Origin: a virus
Reading direction: 5' to 3' (one strand)
DNA length: 64,000 nt
Virus record (IMG/VR): IMGVR_UViG_3300029996_000158
The notes under the pieces are model-generated. The model had not been told where the DNA came from. It saw only the letters and a list, made by a program, of their open reading frames with translations, and searched no databases. The translations under genes and the position numbers were made by a program. Shown piece by piece: positions 44,650 through 54,868 of the stretch. Position 1 is the first letter of the stretch. Each line of letters opens with the position of its first letter.

Positions 44650-46399
44650 TAACAATTGGTTAAATCCTTATCAAAGGTCTTTTAATGATATTAAAGCTAA
44701 ATTAATATCCGAATTAAGATTACAAATCCCAGAAATAACCGATTATAGTGAAGGGAATATATTTGTAATCATTATATCCATTTTTGCAGCTATTGCAGAA
44801 GTAATTCATTATTATATTGATAATATGGCAAGAGAAGCATTTCTTCCAACTGCTAGAAGATATTCTTCTTTATATAAACATGCCAAATTAGTTGATTATC
44901 ATATTAAATCTGCAATTCCTGCTACAGTAGATGTTATTTTATATAAAAATGACAATACTCCAATTGGTCAGGATATAACAATCCCCTTAAATACAGAATT
45001 TACATCTTCAGATGGTAAAACCTGGATATCTACAAAAACTGTTATTTGGTATAAAGATTCATATTATGTAACTATACCATTAATACAACAAAAATTAGTA
45101 GGGGAACCTGATAGAATTCAATTAGGAAATATCCTATCACCAGATTCCATAATATATATAACTGATATACCCTCAGACCAAAAATATACTGAGGGTTCAA
45201 TGAACTTATATATTAATGATGAACCCTGGATTTTGGTAAATACCTTTGCCTATTCTTCTTCAAGAGATAAGGTATTTAAGGTAGAGGTAGATGAACAACT
45301 TAGACCATACATAAAATTTGGAGATGGTCAATTTGGTATGAAGCCAGAATATAATGCAACTGTCCAAGCTTCATATTCATTAACTTATGGTTCAGCTGGT
45401 AATATAGCTACCAATAATTTTACTACTGTACCACAAAATATTCAAATCATAGATAGTAAGATTATAATTAACAATGTAATCCCAGCTACTGGTGGTTCTG
45501 ATTATGAAACCTTTAATATGTTAAAAAACCATATCCCATTATCAATAAAAACTCTTGGGGTAGCAATTACCAAAGAAGATTTTGAGGCTATTGCTAAAAT
45601 GGTAGGAGGAGTAGATAAAGCTTATGCAAATTATGTTTGTGGAAGATATGTAGAAATTTATATAACCCCAGATGGTGGAGGGGAAGCTTCTAGTGCATTA
45701 TTAGATTCTGTTGAAAAAACAATATCCAAAAGTAAAGTAATTACTACTAGCATAGAAGTATTATCTACCCATAAATCCCAGGTATTTTTGGATATGACCA
45801 TAACTGGAAAAAAATCATTTAAATCCAATGATATCTCAAATCAAGTAAAGAAAGCTTTAACAACAGCTTATGATTATAACAATTCTGATATAAATAAACC
45901 AGTAAGGTTATCAGATATATATGCTTTAGTTGATAATCAGAGTATGGTAGATTATTTAACTATAAATAGGTTATATCAATTACCATATCCTGAACCCCAA
46001 AAAGCAACCAATCTACCATTGAATATAACCTACTTTGTTCAAAATGTTAATCCTAAAAGTGATTCAGGTACCCAATATATTGTACAAGTAAACACATTCT
46101 TTGGAAATAAGCATTATGATGTTGTAATATTATATTATTTTGAAGATGACTCTGGAAATAATAGAGTATTAGCAGCTGGTAATTATGGTGAATTATTAAG
46201 TGTGAATGATATAATAGGTACCAATGAGCTTTTATTCCAAATCACCATTAATAAACCATCAGAGGAATTAGATTATGAGCAGGGTAGTAGATATACCTTA
46301 AATATACTACCTATGAATCAGGATTTATATCCATTATCATATCAGATTCCAATTATAGAAAATCAAAATATAACCCTATCAATAAATGAAGTCGTTTAA
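44639..46399 (+). CDS. Baseplate protein J (P2 gpJ / T4 gp6 family)
   Basis: SFNDIKAKLISELRLQIPEITDYSEGNIFVIIISIFAAIAEVIHYYIDNMAREAFLPTA is the Baseplate_J N-terminal block. ATG 44639 (MSTSNNW) overlaps the previous stop; the track start is 44609. Confidence 0.8.
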   Translation: MSTSNNWLNPYQRSFNDIKAKLISELRLQIPEITDYSEGNIFVIIISIFAAIAEVIHYYIDNMAREAFLPTARRYSSLYKHAKLVDYHIKSAIPATVDVILYKNDNTPIGQDITIPLNTEFTSSDGKTWISTKTVIWYKDSYYVTIPLIQQKLVGEPDRIQLGNILSPDSIIYITDIPSDQKYTEGSMNLYINDEPWILVNTFAYSSSRDKVFKVEVDEQLRPYIKFGDGQFGMKPEYNATVQASYSLTYGSAGNIATNNFTTVPQNIQIIDSKIIINNVIPATGGSDYETFNMLKNHIPLSIKTLGVAITKEDFEAIAKMVGGVDKAYANYVCGRYVEIYITPDGGGEASSALLDSVEKTISKSKVITTSIEVLSTHKSQVFLDMTITGKKSFKSNDISNQVKKALTTAYDYNNSDINKPVRLSDIYALVDNQSMVDYLTINRLYQLPYPEPQKATNLPLNITYFVQNVNPKSDSGTQYIVQVNTFFGNKHYDVVILYYFEDDSGNNRVLAAGNYGELLSVNDIIGTNELLFQITINKPSEELDYEQGSRYTLNILPMNQDLYPLSYQIPIIENQNITLSINEVV

Positions 46400-47198
46400 A
46401 AGTTTTAAGCAATGGGTATTTCCTAATCTATTCCCAGCTTATTATAAGGATTACGATACTTATAAAGACAAAGATGGGAAAGGTATTTTGGAAAGATTCA
46501 TAGAGGTATGTTCAAATTATCTTGATACTGATATTACACCAGATATAGATAATTTCATGGATATACTAGATGTGGATGTTACCCCTGATATATTTCTGAA
46601 TTATTTTTGGGAATATTTTGATTATATACCCTATGCTTATGGGGTATTAGTAAAAGGTACACCTTTTACTAAAGAAAATGTAGCTAGTTGGTTAAATACT
46701 CCTCAGGGATTTCCAAAAGCAGATACTAGAAGCATTTTAAAATATGCAATATCTTTATATAAAATAAGATGTACCCAAGATTTTTATACAGTACTTGGTA
46801 GATTTTATGGAGTAAGATTCGAATTAGAAGAAATTCTATTCGAGGACGGATATAGTCCCAAACCCAATGACTCTGGTGTTAACTATAGACTTATAGGCGC
46901 TGTATTCGAGGACGTAATAAGTACTTATAGTGGAGATAATGGGTATTATGGTGATTGGAAAGGATTATATCCATATGGGGATTGTACATCATGTACTACT
47001 ATAAAAGCTCATATCTATGTTCCAAAAGGTATGTATGATGCTATTCAAGATAATATTGATAGTGTAAAAAATGCTTTTGTCAATTTACTCAATAAGTATA
47101 TACCCATAAATGTAAAACCATTTACTTTAGATACCATAGAATTAATTTCAGAAATACCAACAATTATACCAATAGAAATAGAATCCCAACAAAATTGA
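46386..47198 (+). CDS. Baseplate protein in the P2 gpI / Mu gp48 slot (positional)
   Basis: It follows the gpJ-like gene with a 14-nt overlap. No motif recognised. Confidence 0.45.
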   Translation: MKSFKSFKQWVFPNLFPAYYKDYDTYKDKDGKGILERFIEVCSNYLDTDITPDIDNFMDILDVDVTPDIFLNYFWEYFDYIPYAYGVLVKGTPFTKENVASWLNTPQGFPKADTRSILKYAISLYKIRCTQDFYTVLGRFYGVRFELEEILFEDGYSPKPNDSGVNYRLIGAVFEDVISTYSGDNGYYGDWKGLYPYGDCTSCTTIKAHIYVPKGMYDAIQDNIDSVKNAFVNLLNKYIPINVKPFTLDTIELISEIPTIIPIEIESQQN

Positions 47199-47205
47199 CC
47201 CAATC

Positions 47206-47838
47206 ATGTTATCAATCCTACTTCAAACTGAAAACCTTAACAATTTAACTGAATCAGTTAATAAAGTTACTGATTCCTCTATTAGAATTGCCCAAGCTGC
47301 AAATGACTTTGGTGCATTAAGAGTAGCTTTTGGTGTATTTATGATTTTTATAATCATAATTGTAATATTGTTTATATGGCAAATATTTGTATTATCTGGC
47401 AAATTGAATACCATATATGGAGCAGCTATTAAAACCACTGAATACTTTGAAACCTCTGCAGAAGGAGATATTGGACCTTCACAAGCCCAAGTAATAGTAA
47501 GAAGAAATTTTAATAGCTTAAGTCAAGCAATTAAATATTACATTCTTAGAATAAGGCTAGAAAACCATATAGACGATAAAAATAAAATAAAAGTAAAAAT
47601 AGATATGTTAGTTAGAAATGAATTTTCAGAACTAACCACATATCTATCAAACTTTAAGTGTAATAAAAAGGTTTTAAGTTTTATAGTAGAAGATGATGAT
47701 ATTCAAATGGTTGAAGATTTTATTTTTGAACAGGTATATATACCAAAAAATGATTTTACCATATCCAATATGGACCAATCAACCTCTATATTTATAAATG
47801 GTCTAAAGCTTTCATATATTAAGAAAATACCACAATGA
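47206..47838 (+). CDS. Membrane protein, holin / lysis-accessory candidate
   Basis: One strong TM helix (FGALRVAFGVFMIFIIIIVILFIWQIFVLSG). ATGA overlap with the amidase gene. Confidence 0.4.
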   Translation: MLSILLQTENLNNLTESVNKVTDSSIRIAQAANDFGALRVAFGVFMIFIIIIVILFIWQIFVLSGKLNTIYGAAIKTTEYFETSAEGDIGPSQAQVIVRRNFNSLSQAIKYYILRIRLENHIDDKNKIKVKIDMLVRNEFSELTTYLSNFKCNKKVLSFIVEDDDIQMVEDFIFEQVYIPKNDFTISNMDQSTSIFINGLKLSYIKKIPQ

Positions 47839-48431
47839 GAAAATTGATAGTTATATTAGACCCAGCACATGGGTCAGATGTAAAAGGTAAACGTTCACCA
47901 GATGGTACCCATTTAGAATATATATGGAGTAGAGAAATATGCAAAAAACTAAAAGATAGGCTTATCCTAAATGATTTTAGGGTTAAATATACAAATGAAA
48001 CAGAAAATGAAATAGGCTTATCAAAGAGAAAAGAAATTGCAAATAATATAAAATCAAGTCCTGGTGAATATAAATTTCTAGTAAGTTTGCATAATAATGC
48101 TGCTGGGGATGGTACCCAATGGTTAAATGCAAAAGGGTTTGAAATTTATACTTCAAAGGGGCAAACCATTTCTGATAAATTTGCAACCATTATTTTTAAT
48201 AATTTAAAAAAGGATTTTCCCGGTATAAATGCAAGAGCAGATTATATTGATGGTGACCCAGATAAGGAAAGTAATTTCACAGTATTAATGGGAAACTATT
48301 ATGCTGTTCTAATAGAATGGTTATTCCAGGATAATAAAGAAGAAGTAATACTTCTAAAAGATAAAACCATTAATTCCAGGTTAGTGGATTCTTTGGTAAA
48401 TTCACTGATAGAAATAGATGAACAATTATAA
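47835..48431 (+). CDS. N-acetylmuramoyl-L-alanine amidase (endolysin, Amidase_3-like)
   Basis: IVILDPAHGSDVKGKRSPDG...EYIWSREICKKLKDRL...GLSKRKEIANN...FLVSLHNNAAG follows the Amidase_3 pattern (DpGHGg.d.Ga...E...n..ia..l...L...R...aN...adlfiSiH.Na). Confidence 0.8.
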   Translation: MRKLIVILDPAHGSDVKGKRSPDGTHLEYIWSREICKKLKDRLILNDFRVKYTNETENEIGLSKRKEIANNIKSSPGEYKFLVSLHNNAAGDGTQWLNAKGFEIYTSKGQTISDKFATIIFNNLKKDFPGINARADYIDGDPDKESNFTVLMGNYYAVLIEWLFQDNKEEVILLKDKTINSRLVDSLVNSLIEIDEQL

Positions 48432-48465
48432 CTCATTCTTTTGTTACCATAGTTGAGTTGATGGT

Positions 48466-48499
48466 GAGGGTAATTTGGGTGACCAAGTTGCCCTCTTTT
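48466..48499 (+). terminator. Terminator at a convergent gene junction
   Basis: GAGGGTAA (48466..48473) / TTGCCCTC (48488..48495, one G-T pair), followed by TTTTA. It also lies directly downstream of the minus-strand gene's stop. Confidence 0.55.
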
Positions 48500-49172
48500 A
48501 GCGTTTAGAAAAATGTTCCTTTGCTTCTTTAATTGTATTCTTAATATGGGTTCTCATATTGCTTATATAATCAGCTGCTCTTTGTGTTTTTGGTAATTCA
48601 AAGTATTCAATTAAATTCAAGGTTGATAATTTACCATGAGCTTCTTTCATTTTTTCTTTGAGAAACATTGGAGGGTCCAATTCTGTAACAAATATCAGAT
48701 ATTCATCAGGGGTTAATTTTTCTCTCATATATTCATGGAGCATATTAGAGAAATTATTTTCTTCTGGTTCATTTTCAATAATATCCTTTTCTTGGTTATC
48801 ATCTTTATCTTCTTTACTATTATCAAATAATTCCTCAAATGAAGTTAATTCTTGATTAAATTCTGCTTGTCTAGTATAAGCATTCCTAAGTAATTTGTTC
48901 TTAAAAATTTGTAAAGAAGTTATTAATGTAGCTTTTAATCTATCTTCGGTATATTTATCCTGATATTTATTATATACATATAAGAATTTATCCCAAAAAT
49001 AACTTTGAATTATATCTTGACTAACATTGAATCTTCTAGAATCAATATTTTTAGATAGCTTTTTAATTAGTGGTTTACAGATTTTATACATTCTTTCAAA
49101 TTCTTCCCTGTTATAATGGGTAAATTCTTTTATCCTATGAATTTCTGAACCATTAGTACCTTGTTTACTCAT
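48498..49172 (-). CDS. RNA polymerase sigma factor-like protein (sigma-70 region 2/4-like)
   Basis: REEFERMYKICKPLIKKLSK......SQDIIQSYFWDKFLYVYNKYQ...LKATLITSLQIFKNKLLRNAYTR resembles region 2. The C-terminal LTPDEYLIFVTEL...RAADYISNMRTHIKNTIKEAKE resembles region 4. It is the only minus-strand gene in this part of the genome. Confidence 0.45.
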   Translation of the reverse strand: MSKQGTNGSEIHRIKEFTHYNREEFERMYKICKPLIKKLSKNIDSRRFNVSQDIIQSYFWDKFLYVYNKYQDKYTEDRLKATLITSLQIFKNKLLRNAYTRQAEFNQELTSFEELFDNSKEDKDDNQEKDIIENEPEENNFSNMLHEYMREKLTPDEYLIFVTELDPPMFLKEKMKEAHGKLSTLNLIEYFELPKTQRAADYISNMRTHIKNTIKEAKEHFSKR

Positions 49173-49200
49173 AACTTAATAGATTAATTATTTAACAATG

Positions 49201-49208
49201 CAAATATA
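49201..49208 (-). promoter_or_regulatory. -7 box TATATTTG on the minus strand
   Basis: Plus-strand CAAATATA at 49201..49208 is TATATTTG on the minus strand, 29 nt upstream of the minus-strand ATG at 49172. No clear -33 TTTG. Confidence 0.4.
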
Positions 49209-49287
49209 TATAATAATTTTATCACTTGTATGAAAATATATCAACTTTTTCACCCTATGTGTTGATTTTTATAAAATTGAAATATAA

Positions 49288-50817
49288 ATGAATCTAGAAA
49301 AGACTACTCATAGATACAACTTTCATATATGTAAAGACATGGCAACTAAATTTAAAAAGAAAATTAATCAGAGTGATAAATTCACTTTTACCATTGACTT
49401 CCAACTAGAAGTTTTAAGGTTCCTAATACAAAATAAGGAATCAGTTTTAATTATTCAAAAAATAAAACCAGGTTACTTTACTCTAATAGAACATTCAATA
49501 ATAATGGAATCATTATTGAAGTTTCATAGAAAATATGGAAAGTTACCAAGTGAAACCTTGTTAAAAGAAACCTGTAACTCATTATTAAGTGGTAAGGACT
49601 TTGTTGATTTAGTTACTAAGGAAGATATCCCAAATATTAATAGGATAATAAATAACCTATATTCAATACCATTAAGGGATTCAGATGTTATAAAGGAGAA
49701 CATATTTAAGTTCATAGCTTATATAGAAATGAAAACCCTAAATGAATCCATGGATTTCACTAATTTTAATCTATATGAGGATTACCAAAATAAGGTATCA
49801 AAAATAATCAGGAATTCAAAACCTCAGAAAAAAGATGAACCATTATATATGGTTGGTGGAACAGTGAAAAGACAATTAATGAGAAGAGTTGACCCAGATA
49901 TAATCCCCACTCCATACTGGCAATTAAATAACCTATCAAATGGTGGAGGATATTCTAAGGGTAGTATATTTGTAATATTAGATAAACCAAAAGCCAAGAA
50001 AACATTTGCATTAATAAATATATCAAGAGGATATCTTACCATGAAAAAGAATGTATTATATATTGATACTGAAAATGGTAAGAATCAAATCATGGAGAGA
50101 ATGGTCCAATCAACTCTTAATAAAACCAAAAAAGAAATTGTATCTGGTGAACAAGATAAACTTGAACAGAGACATATGAGAAAATATAAAAGGTTAGGGG
50201 TTGAATTTATAGTAGAAAGGGTTCCTGCTCTAGTATCAGATGCAAATGTTATTAAAGGTATAATAAAGAAAATAGAAGCAGATACTGGAATAAAGATTCA
50301 CATATTAATGATTGATTATGCAGCTAAATTAGCTTCTATATCAAAAGATAAAGATGATACTGAACGTATAAATAATGTTTATATAGATTTGGATAATCTG
50401 GCTTCAGAATTGGAATTAGAAGCAATTTGGACTGCACAACATGTAAAAAGGGAAGCATCAAAAAGAAAAGGTACTAGATATGAGGATAATGATATTGCAA
50501 GTGCCATATCAATAATAAGAAATGCCCAATGTATTATTGGTTTAAATTCCACTGATGATGAAGAAGAACATGGGATTCAAAGAATGGAGATTGTAGTACA
50601 AAGAGATGGTAAATCCCATGGTAGATGTTTATTTAATTTTGATAGTGATAGGCAAAGATGGAAAGAGTTTTCAAGGGAAGCTAGGGAGAAATATGATAAA
50701 ACTCTTGGTAAAACTGTAGATGAAATGATTAAAAAAGAATCAACCAATGGGGTAGTAAAAAAATCAAATCCAATAGCAGACCCAGAAAAAGCAAATCATA
50801 AAGGAGGAGATATTTAA
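49288..50817 (+). CDS. Replicative DNA helicase (DnaB / T7 gp4 helicase-like)
   Basis: DnaB-like N-terminal domain (FQLEVLRFLIQNKE...HSIIMESLLKFHRKYGKLPS). Deviant Walker A LDKPKAKKT and Walker B ILMIDYAAKL. It sits next to the primase gene. Alternative start at ATG 49339. Confidence 0.65.
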   Translation: MNLEKTTHRYNFHICKDMATKFKKKINQSDKFTFTIDFQLEVLRFLIQNKESVLIIQKIKPGYFTLIEHSIIMESLLKFHRKYGKLPSETLLKETCNSLLSGKDFVDLVTKEDIPNINRIINNLYSIPLRDSDVIKENIFKFIAYIEMKTLNESMDFTNFNLYEDYQNKVSKIIRNSKPQKKDEPLYMVGGTVKRQLMRRVDPDIIPTPYWQLNNLSNGGGYSKGSIFVILDKPKAKKTFALINISRGYLTMKKNVLYIDTENGKNQIMERMVQSTLNKTKKEIVSGEQDKLEQRHMRKYKRLGVEFIVERVPALVSDANVIKGIIKKIEADTGIKIHILMIDYAAKLASISKDKDDTERINNVYIDLDNLASELELEAIWTAQHVKREASKRKGTRYEDNDIASAISIIRNAQCIIGLNSTDDEEEHGIQRMEIVVQRDGKSHGRCLFNFDSDRQRWKEFSREAREKYDKTLGKTVDEMIKKESTNGVVKKSNPIADPEKANHKGGDI

Positions 50818-51773
50818 TGTCAAATTTAACTAACGAGTTCAAAGGTAAACTCAAAAAATATTTTCATGTAAAATTAGGGGCATTTACTTATAGACATGGT
50901 TGGGATAAATGTAAATGCCCATATTGTGGTAGAGATGGTAAATTTGGAATAAATATATCCAGAAATAGGTGCAATTGTTTTAGGTGTGGAGAACACCCTT
51001 CACCCATACAATTAGTAATGTATCTTGAATCAGTAGATACATATGCAGAAGCTATAAAGATACTTAATCAAGCAAAGTATGATGGTTATATATTTAAGGA
51101 AGAAAAGGTAGAATTAAAATCCAGAAAAGATTTATATTTACCAGAGGGATTTAAATTATTAACTGTTGGTAATTCTGAACTTGCTAAATCAGCAAGAAAT
51201 TATGTAACTAAAAGGGGGTTTAATGTAAAAGAAGTTGCTATGTCTGGTTGGGGTTATGGGACTCAGGGTAAATATTTTGGGTATCTCATAATCCCTTTTC
51301 ATGAAAATGGTAAATTAGTGTATTTTAATGCCAGATTATTTATAGGCAATGGTCCAAAATATAATAACCCAGATGTATCAGATACTGGATTAGGTAAATC
51401 CTTTATTATATATAATAAAGATGCCCTTTATATGTATAAAACTGTTTATTTGTGTGAAGGTGCAATAAATGCCCAAACTATGGGAGAAAAAGGAATTGCA
51501 TCTGGTGGAAAAGCAATATCCAGATACCAGGTAAATGAGATTATAAAATCCCCAGTGGAAAGGGTTATCATATTATTTGACCCAGATGCAAAAGATAGAG
51601 CAATAGATTTGGCATTTAAACTTATAAATTATAAAAAGGTAAAAGTTATATTCTTACCAGAAGGTAAAGATGTAAATGATATTGGTAAGAAAAAAACCAT
51701 GAAATTCATATATTCCCAACGATATCTAGATTATCAGGAACTATTAGAATTAAAATTTAAATATAAGATTTAA
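50817..51773 (+). CDS. DNA primase (zinc-binding domain + TOPRIM)
   Basis: CPYCGRDGKFGINISRNRCNCFRCGEH (CxxC...CxxC zinc ribbon). TOPRIM residues in YLCEGAINAQT and ILFDPDAKD. Confidence 0.8.
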   Translation: MSNLTNEFKGKLKKYFHVKLGAFTYRHGWDKCKCPYCGRDGKFGINISRNRCNCFRCGEHPSPIQLVMYLESVDTYAEAIKILNQAKYDGYIFKEEKVELKSRKDLYLPEGFKLLTVGNSELAKSARNYVTKRGFNVKEVAMSGWGYGTQGKYFGYLIIPFHENGKLVYFNARLFIGNGPKYNNPDVSDTGLGKSFIIYNKDALYMYKTVYLCEGAINAQTMGEKGIASGGKAISRYQVNEIIKSPVERVIILFDPDAKDRAIDLAFKLINYKKVKVIFLPEGKDVNDIGKKKTMKFIYSQRYLDYQELLELKFKYKI

Positions 51774-52613
51774 ATGAGAGAACCAAGTATTCACATATCA
51801 AAATCCATTTTCATTAAAATCCTTGAAAAAGAGGGTGTTAAAATTTCCAAATCCAAAATAGATTCCATATTTACTACAGCAAGAAATTATTCCCTGGACC
51901 ATCGTTCAATATTAAAGAATAATAAAAAGAACCAAAAGATATTATCTAGAAGAACTCAATCAACAGTTGGTAATGCAAATATGTTAGCAGATATAATATA
52001 TTCTGTTAGGATAAAATTAAAACATGTGGGAGTTACCAAAATAAAACAAACAGATAATCAATGGGCACAAATAAGGGAATTGGTACCAATCATAGATGAA
52101 TTTTGTTCATATTATAAATTCCTTAATAAAAGACAAGGGTATATTCAATTTGTAGAAATAGGATTAAACTTAATGGGTAATTCAAATAGACCAAATTATA
52201 GTTATTGTGCAAATTGGATGCTACAAAAAGCAAGTTGGATATCAACTTATTATGGGGCAATAAAAGAAATATCAGAAGACAATTATAAAGAAGAAACCAA
52301 TGAAATTTATAATTGTTATATAAATAAGATACTAGAGATGACTGGAATTAACAATAATTATAAGAAAAATCCAACTGATTATGTTAATTTCATTCATGCA
52401 AGAAAATTAGCTGATAAAATTGGGGTTGATTATAAAATATTTATGGATTCCCAATTTGAGGCTTTATCTTTTTGTAATGGTATTCCAAAATTGGAGGATT
52501 TGGGAAATGAAAAAGCCCAACAAAGGTTAACCCAATTTATTTCAAAACATGGTTTAATAATTAGGAAAAAAATCAATTTATCCCAAAATGACTGGGATTC
52601 ATTCAAAAAATAA
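51774..52613 (+). CDS. Hypothetical replication-module protein
   Basis: Track ORF that starts directly after the primase stop. Confidence 0.6.
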   Translation: MREPSIHISKSIFIKILEKEGVKISKSKIDSIFTTARNYSLDHRSILKNNKKNQKILSRRTQSTVGNANMLADIIYSVRIKLKHVGVTKIKQTDNQWAQIRELVPIIDEFCSYYKFLNKRQGYIQFVEIGLNLMGNSNRPNYSYCANWMLQKASWISTYYGAIKEISEDNYKEETNEIYNCYINKILEMTGINNNYKKNPTDYVNFIHARKLADKIGVDYKIFMDSQFEALSFCNGIPKLEDLGNEKAQQRLTQFISKHGLIIRKKINLSQNDWDSFKK

Positions 52614-52618
52614 TTCAT

Positions 52619-54088
52619 ATGGTAGAGATAATAATAAAGAATTGTAATCAATGCCAATTAGGGGGTTCTAGAAAAGAATTAATGAAATTGTATGATACTT
52701 TTAGAATTAAGCATCCAAATGCTTGGCATATTACTAGATTCCAAAAAGGGAAGTATCAATGGGATGGATATATAAAATATATATCAGCATATGGGGAATT
52801 TAAAATAGGTTTATTACCTATGATATATAATACCCTAAAATCTTGGGGTATTGAAGATATAAAGATTACAGATAAAAGAATAATTCCCAATATTAAACCA
52901 ATAATCCCAACTCAATTAGGGGCAAATTATAATCCCATTAAATTATATCCAAGACAAATACAAGCTATAAAAACTTTATTGAATAATAAAGTAGGTGATA
53001 CACCTTTTCTTATATGTGCTGGGGATTATTCTGTTGGATTTGGTAAAACCCTTTTATTCTGTGCTTTATACAAAGCTTATCAAGGAAATTTACCAACAAT
53101 CCTACTTTTAAATGATTCGGATTTGTTCAATCAATTTAAAAGAGAAATTCCTGAACTTTTACCAAATGAGGATATTGCATTTATCCAAGGTTCTAAATGT
53201 AATAGATGGGGTAAATTTAATGTGGCAATGGTCCAAAGTATATCTAAGAATATAAGGAAATATCAACAGAACTTATTGGATATAAGAATGGTTTTAATTG
53301 ATGAAGCAGATATCATAGACAATAAAACATATCAAACAGTTATATCATATCTTTATAATTCTTTTATAAGAATAGGGTTAAGTGGTACCATTTATATGAA
53401 TGAAAGAAAAAGTGGAATTGTTCATAATATGAATGTAAGGCAATTTATTGGGGATGTGGTAGACCAAGTTAAATTATCAGAACAAATTAAAACAGGTAGA
53501 GCAACTAAAGTTATTGTTAAAATGATTTATACTGGTATAGGGGAAAAGGTACCAAATGATTATCAAAGAGAATATAAATTAAATATTATTGAGAATAAAG
53601 AATCCTATAAACTTTCATTTTCTAGAATGCTTTATAATTATAAATATGGAAGGGTTCCAATGGTTATATTATGCAAATTTATTGACCATTGTGAGGATTT
53701 ATATAAATATTATACTGAAAGGATTAATAAAATGGGATTACCTTTAAGGGTAGCCTATTTACATCACAATGTGAAAAATAGAAATAAAATATTAACTGAT
53801 ATAAGAGAAGGGAATATAGATATCCTAATATCTACTACAGTTATTGCAAGAGGTAAAAATATACCAACTTTACAATATCTTCAGAATATTGCATCAATGG
53901 ATTCCCAAGAAAAATCCATTCAAATTTTGGGAAGGTTAGTTAGGAAACATGAATCCAAAAATAAAACCTACCTTGATGATTTTATTTTTGATGGTACCTT
54001 TTTAAAAAGGCATGGCAATCATAGAAAAATTTATTACCAAAAACAAGGGTTTAAGGTATTAAAAATAGAATACACAAAAAAAGTATAA
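52619..54088 (+). CDS. Superfamily 2 DEAD/DEAH-box DNA helicase
   Basis: Motif I GFGKTLL, motif II LIDEAD, motif III SGT, motif VI IQILGRLVRK. Confidence 0.8.
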   Translation: MVEIIIKNCNQCQLGGSRKELMKLYDTFRIKHPNAWHITRFQKGKYQWDGYIKYISAYGEFKIGLLPMIYNTLKSWGIEDIKITDKRIIPNIKPIIPTQLGANYNPIKLYPRQIQAIKTLLNNKVGDTPFLICAGDYSVGFGKTLLFCALYKAYQGNLPTILLLNDSDLFNQFKREIPELLPNEDIAFIQGSKCNRWGKFNVAMVQSISKNIRKYQQNLLDIRMVLIDEADIIDNKTYQTVISYLYNSFIRIGLSGTIYMNERKSGIVHNMNVRQFIGDVVDQVKLSEQIKTGRATKVIVKMIYTGIGEKVPNDYQREYKLNIIENKESYKLSFSRMLYNYKYGRVPMVILCKFIDHCEDLYKYYTERINKMGLPLRVAYLHHNVKNRNKILTDIREGNIDILISTTVIARGKNIPTLQYLQNIASMDSQEKSIQILGRLVRKHESKNKTYLDDFIFDGTFLKRHGNHRKIYYQKQGFKVLKIEYTKKV

Positions 54089-54204
54089 TAGTTAGTTACT
54101 AGTAATATTGGTCAAATTATTAACTAAGTTTAACTTATGATATATAAAAAGTAAATTCTTTGAAGACTAAAAGTAGATTATATTTTAAATATTTAAATAT
54201 TAAT

Positions 54205-54310
54205 CAGGCTATTAGCTATATACATATACAGGCTAATAAATATTTATCAGGCCATAAATATATTCAGGCTATTAGCCTGAATATATTATCTAGGTAGCAA
54301 GCTACCTAGA
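54205..54310. repeat. CAGGCY iterons and two palindromes
   Basis: CAGGCT at 54205, 54229 and 54265, and CAGGCC at 54248. Palindromes are TTCAGGCTATTAGCCTGAA (54263..54281) and TCTAGGTAGC-AA-GCTACCTAGA (54289..54310). Confidence 0.75.
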
Positions 54311-54457
54311 TATTAGCTTATTAGAGTATATGGTCTTTTTTCTTTTCTTTTTTTGGTTACTTTTTTTCTTTTCTTTTTTGAACATAGAAATTTACAAGGT
54401 ACCATAATAAACTTGAAAAAACCTATTATCATTTGGAAAACTTAAAATTCAAAACTA

Positions 54458-54868
54458 ATGGCAAAGAAACAAAAACAAAAAGGGTTAATTAAACTTGAAG
54501 ATACTGATATATTGAAACCAATCGATATTTCTAAAATAGGTTCAAATGGGGACCCATGTTTTGGAAAGGAATATAACCTATCAACCAAGGAATGCAAGAT
54601 GTGTGGGGATTCAGAATTATGCTGCATAAAATTTGCAGCATTAGTTGGGAAAGATAGAAAACAATTGGAAAAAGAGAATGAATTTAAAGACTTAGAAAAT
54701 CTAGTAGATTTAAAAGCAGTATCAAAAACTATTAGATATTTGAAAAGGAAAGATGAATCCAAAAAAACAATCCTTGATAAGATTCAAGCAAAATATGAAT
54801 TGAGCAGGGAAGAAGCTAGAACAATTTATAAATCAGTAATAAACAAACAAAATGGAAAAAAACAATGA
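54458..54868 (+). CDS. Basic protein with Cys cluster (possible zinc ribbon)
   Basis: CFGKEY...CKMCGDSELCC; K-rich. Confidence 0.55.
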   Translation: MAKKQKQKGLIKLEDTDILKPIDISKIGSNGDPCFGKEYNLSTKECKMCGDSELCCIKFAALVGKDRKQLEKENEFKDLENLVDLKAVSKTIRYLKRKDESKKTILDKIQAKYELSREEARTIYKSVINKQNGKKQ

